Source: an uncultured Chloroflexia bacterium (lineage in GTDB: Bacteria; Chloroflexota; Limnocylindria; QHBO01). From it: a stretch of DNA of 64,000 nucleotides. Made by a program: the position numbers and the translations under genes. Each line of letters begins with the position of its first letter. The first letter of the stretch is position 1. The stretch is taken from assembly GCA_963827475.1 (NCBI GenBank), contig CAWHAZ010000005.1:288001-352000 (forward strand). Direction: 5' to 3'. Under the pieces are notes generated by a model. That model searched no databases and was not told the DNA's origin. It saw nothing but the letters and a program-made list of their open reading frames with translations. Shown one piece after another: positions 62,000 to 64,000 of this stretch.

Positions 62000-62581
62000 A
62001 TGCAGCCCCCCGAGCGGATCGTCCTCGAGGGGCGCGTCGTCCGGCTCGAACCCCTCGAGGAGCGGCACCGCGACGACCTGGTCGCGGCCGCGACCGAGGA
62101 CCGCGGCATCTGGGCCTTCATGGGCTCCAACCTGGCCGACCCCGCGACCTGGCCCGCGTACCTCGCCGCGGCCCTCCAACCGGAGTTCGTGGCCTGGGCC
62201 ACGGTGGAGCGGGCGACCGGTCGCGCGGTGGGCTCCACCCGCTTCGGCGACATCGCCCCGGAGCACGATCGGGTCGAGATCGGGTGGACCTGGCTCGCCC
62301 CGTCCCGGCACCGCACCGCGGTGAACACCGAGGCCAAGCTCCTGCAGCTGACCTACGCCTTCGACACCCTCGGCGCGGGGCGGGTGGCGTTGAAGACCGA
62401 TGGGCGCAACGAGCGATCGCAGCGCGCGATCGAGCGCCTGGGCGCCGTCCGCGAGGGGGTGCTCCGCCGCCACACGCGGCTGCCCGATGGCTACGTCCGC
62501 GACACGGTCTACTACTCGATCCTGGCCGACGAGTGGCCGGCCGTGAAGGCGCGCCTCACCGACCGGCTGGCCCGCGGCTAG
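62000..62581 (+). CDS. GNAT (RimJ/RimL-like) acetyltransferase
   Basis: VGSTRF, EIGWTW, NTEAK, NERSQRAIERLGA.EGVLR. Confidence 0.9.
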   Translation: MQPPERIVLEGRVVRLEPLEERHRDDLVAAATEDRGIWAFMGSNLADPATWPAYLAAALQPEFVAWATVERATGRAVGSTRFGDIAPEHDRVEIGWTWLAPSRHRTAVNTEAKLLQLTYAFDTLGAGRVALKTDGRNERSQRAIERLGAVREGVLRRHTRLPDGYVRDTVYYSILADEWPAVKARLTDRLARG

Positions 62582-62619
62582 CCCGGCCTCGACAGGCTCC
62601 GGGCCGAGCCGATGGCCGG

Positions 62620-64000
62620 TCAGGGCCCGCTGCCGGCCGGCAGCACATCAACGAGGAGCCACCGATCGCCGGTGGCACGGCGCATGGCGAAGGTCAGCTC
62701 GAACGGGGACGTATCGCGCGCCGTGAGAGCTCCGCTGGCGTCATATGTCTCCGTGATCACCGTTCCCTCGGCCGCGAGGCCGAGGCTCAGGCCCTCCTGC
62801 GCTCCGAACGGCACGAGCAGCGACACGTCGACCGTGTCGAACTGGTAGTGAGCGACCTGGGCTTCCCCCGTTGCCTCCGCCTCCTGGAGCCGCTCCTGCA
62901 TCTCGACCAGGCGATCGCCGTGGGCGACCAGCGGCAGGATGGTCTCGTCGCGACGGAGCAATGCCTGGTTCTCGAGCTCCAGGTTCTGGGCCAGCGTGAG
63001 CAGGACCTGGGGCATCTCCGATCCGGCCAGCTCATGGTCGAAGTCGACGACGTCCTGCCCGACGGTGATCGCCGGCAGCGTGCCCGGGTCGATCTCGGTT
63101 GGCAGCCGGTTCAGCGCCTCCGTCACGTTGAGGGCAACCACGCCGCGGGCCGGTGCCCCGGCCGCGACGATGCCGATGCCCACGGCCAGCGTCGCGAGGC
63201 CCACCAGCCCGAGCCGAGCGGCGCCCCGGACCAGGCCGCCCGATCGACCGCCAGTCATCACTCGAGCGGCGAGCATCCGGACGCTGTCCTGGTCGGAGCC
63301 CGGCTCCGGGGCGAATCGGTCAATCAGCGGGCGGGCCAGGCAGGCGACCACGAGCCCGGCAAGCAGGCCGACTTTCGCCCCGAACTCATCGGTCTGCGGC
63401 GCCATCAGGAACACCGAGGCCCCGGCGACCAGCAGGCCGAAGGCGACCCGACCGACGAGCCCGGCCGGCACCGTCTTCGGGTCGGTGATCATGAAGAACA
63501 GGAAGATCATGACCTCGGGCGAGAAGACGATCACCCGCCAGAAGTCGAAGCCGCACACGGGCGCGAACGCCCAGTTCGCGGTCATGCAGTGACCCGAGAG
63601 GGCGAGCAGCCCGAGCCCTGCCGCGAGGGCGACCCAGAAGGTGGCCGCCAGCGCGAGGAGGCGGAGCCGCCTCGTGATCAGGAGTCCGCCGACCAGGATC
63701 ACGGCATACGCCGTGATCAGCCACACGTCCAACGGACCCCACCAGAAGTCGAGGGGCTCCACGCGCGAAGCACCGAGCACGATGAAGGCGACGACCAGCC
63801 CGATGTTGGACGGATTGAAGATGTGCGACCCGCGATAGCGGATCACGTACTTGGTCAGGAGGGACAGCCCGGCGATGGCCGCGAACAGCCCCCAGCCATA
63901 GGTGGTCCAGGGGTCGTCCGGCGGCGTGCCGACGACGCGGAGGATCAGGGCCACGCCACTCCCGGTCAGCAGGGCGCTGGCGGGCCAGACGAACGAACGG
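62620..64000 (-). CDS. RnfD/NqrB-like (UnbU-type) membrane protein, 5' end beyond the window
   Basis: PASALLTG, KYVIR..HIFNPSN, FFMITDPKT. Confidence 0.7.
   Translation of the reverse strand, partial: RSFVWPASALLTGSGVALILRVVGTPPDDPWTTYGWGLFAAIAGLSLLTKYVIRYRGSHIFNPSNIGLVVAFIVLGASRVEPLDFWWGPLDVWLITAYAVILVGGLLITRRLRLLALAATFWVALAAGLGLLALSGHCMTANWAFAPVCGFDFWRVIVFSPEVMIFLFFMITDPKTVPAGLVGRVAFGLLVAGASVFLMAPQTDEFGAKVGLLAGLVVACLARPLIDRFAPEPGSDQDSVRMLAARVMTGGRSGGLVRGAARLGLVGLATLAVGIGIVAAGAPARGVVALNVTEALNRLPTEIDPGTLPAITVGQDVVDFDHELAGSEMPQVLLTLAQNLELENQALLRRDETILPLVAHGDRLVEMQERLQEAEATGEAQVAHYQFDTVDVSLLVPFGAQEGLSLGLAAEGTVITETYDASGALTARDTSPFELTFAMRRATGDRWLLVDVLPAGSGP

Noticed and set aside
57982..62337. 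Very long antisense or alternate-frame ORFs (also 28837-33048, 25177-28230, 37925-40657)
   Set aside because: These are shadow ORFs typical of high-GC DNA. They overlap well-supported genes, and only their terminal parts are real where listed as features.

Overview
High-GC bacterial chromosomal segment, most consistent with Chloroflexota (possibly Limnocylindria). This is inferred from gene content and style, not from a marker gene. It is densely coding, with about 60 genes and one tRNA-Gly(TCC). Many unrelated conserved genes carry single-base frameshifts, which points to long-read indel error rather than gene decay. Main blocks: (1) an ExeM-like nuclease, corA, tryptophanase and an NpmA/KamB-like 16S rRNA methyltransferase interrupted by an in-frame TAA; (2) a complete A1-type cytochrome c oxidase cluster with a CtaA-CtaB fusion and a subunit II carrying an extra type-1 copper domain; (3) ispG and trxB; (4) a 1622-aa surface protein with a recent 390-bp triplication; (5) a ~540-nt promoter-bounded, highly structured non-coding region (35673-36215) with group II intron domain-I-like motifs but no RT ORF and no recognisable domain V, which is the top candidate for an undescribed RNA; (6) copA and a glgA/glgM-type gene; (7) a DosS/DosR-like locus with paired palindromic boxes next to a cupredoxin-extended nirK; (8) a beta-CASP nuclease, ligC and a partial RnfD/UnbU-like gene. 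Many genes look leaderless, with a TANNNT hexamer 6-7 nt before the start codon. No CRISPR array, integrase or transposase was seen.
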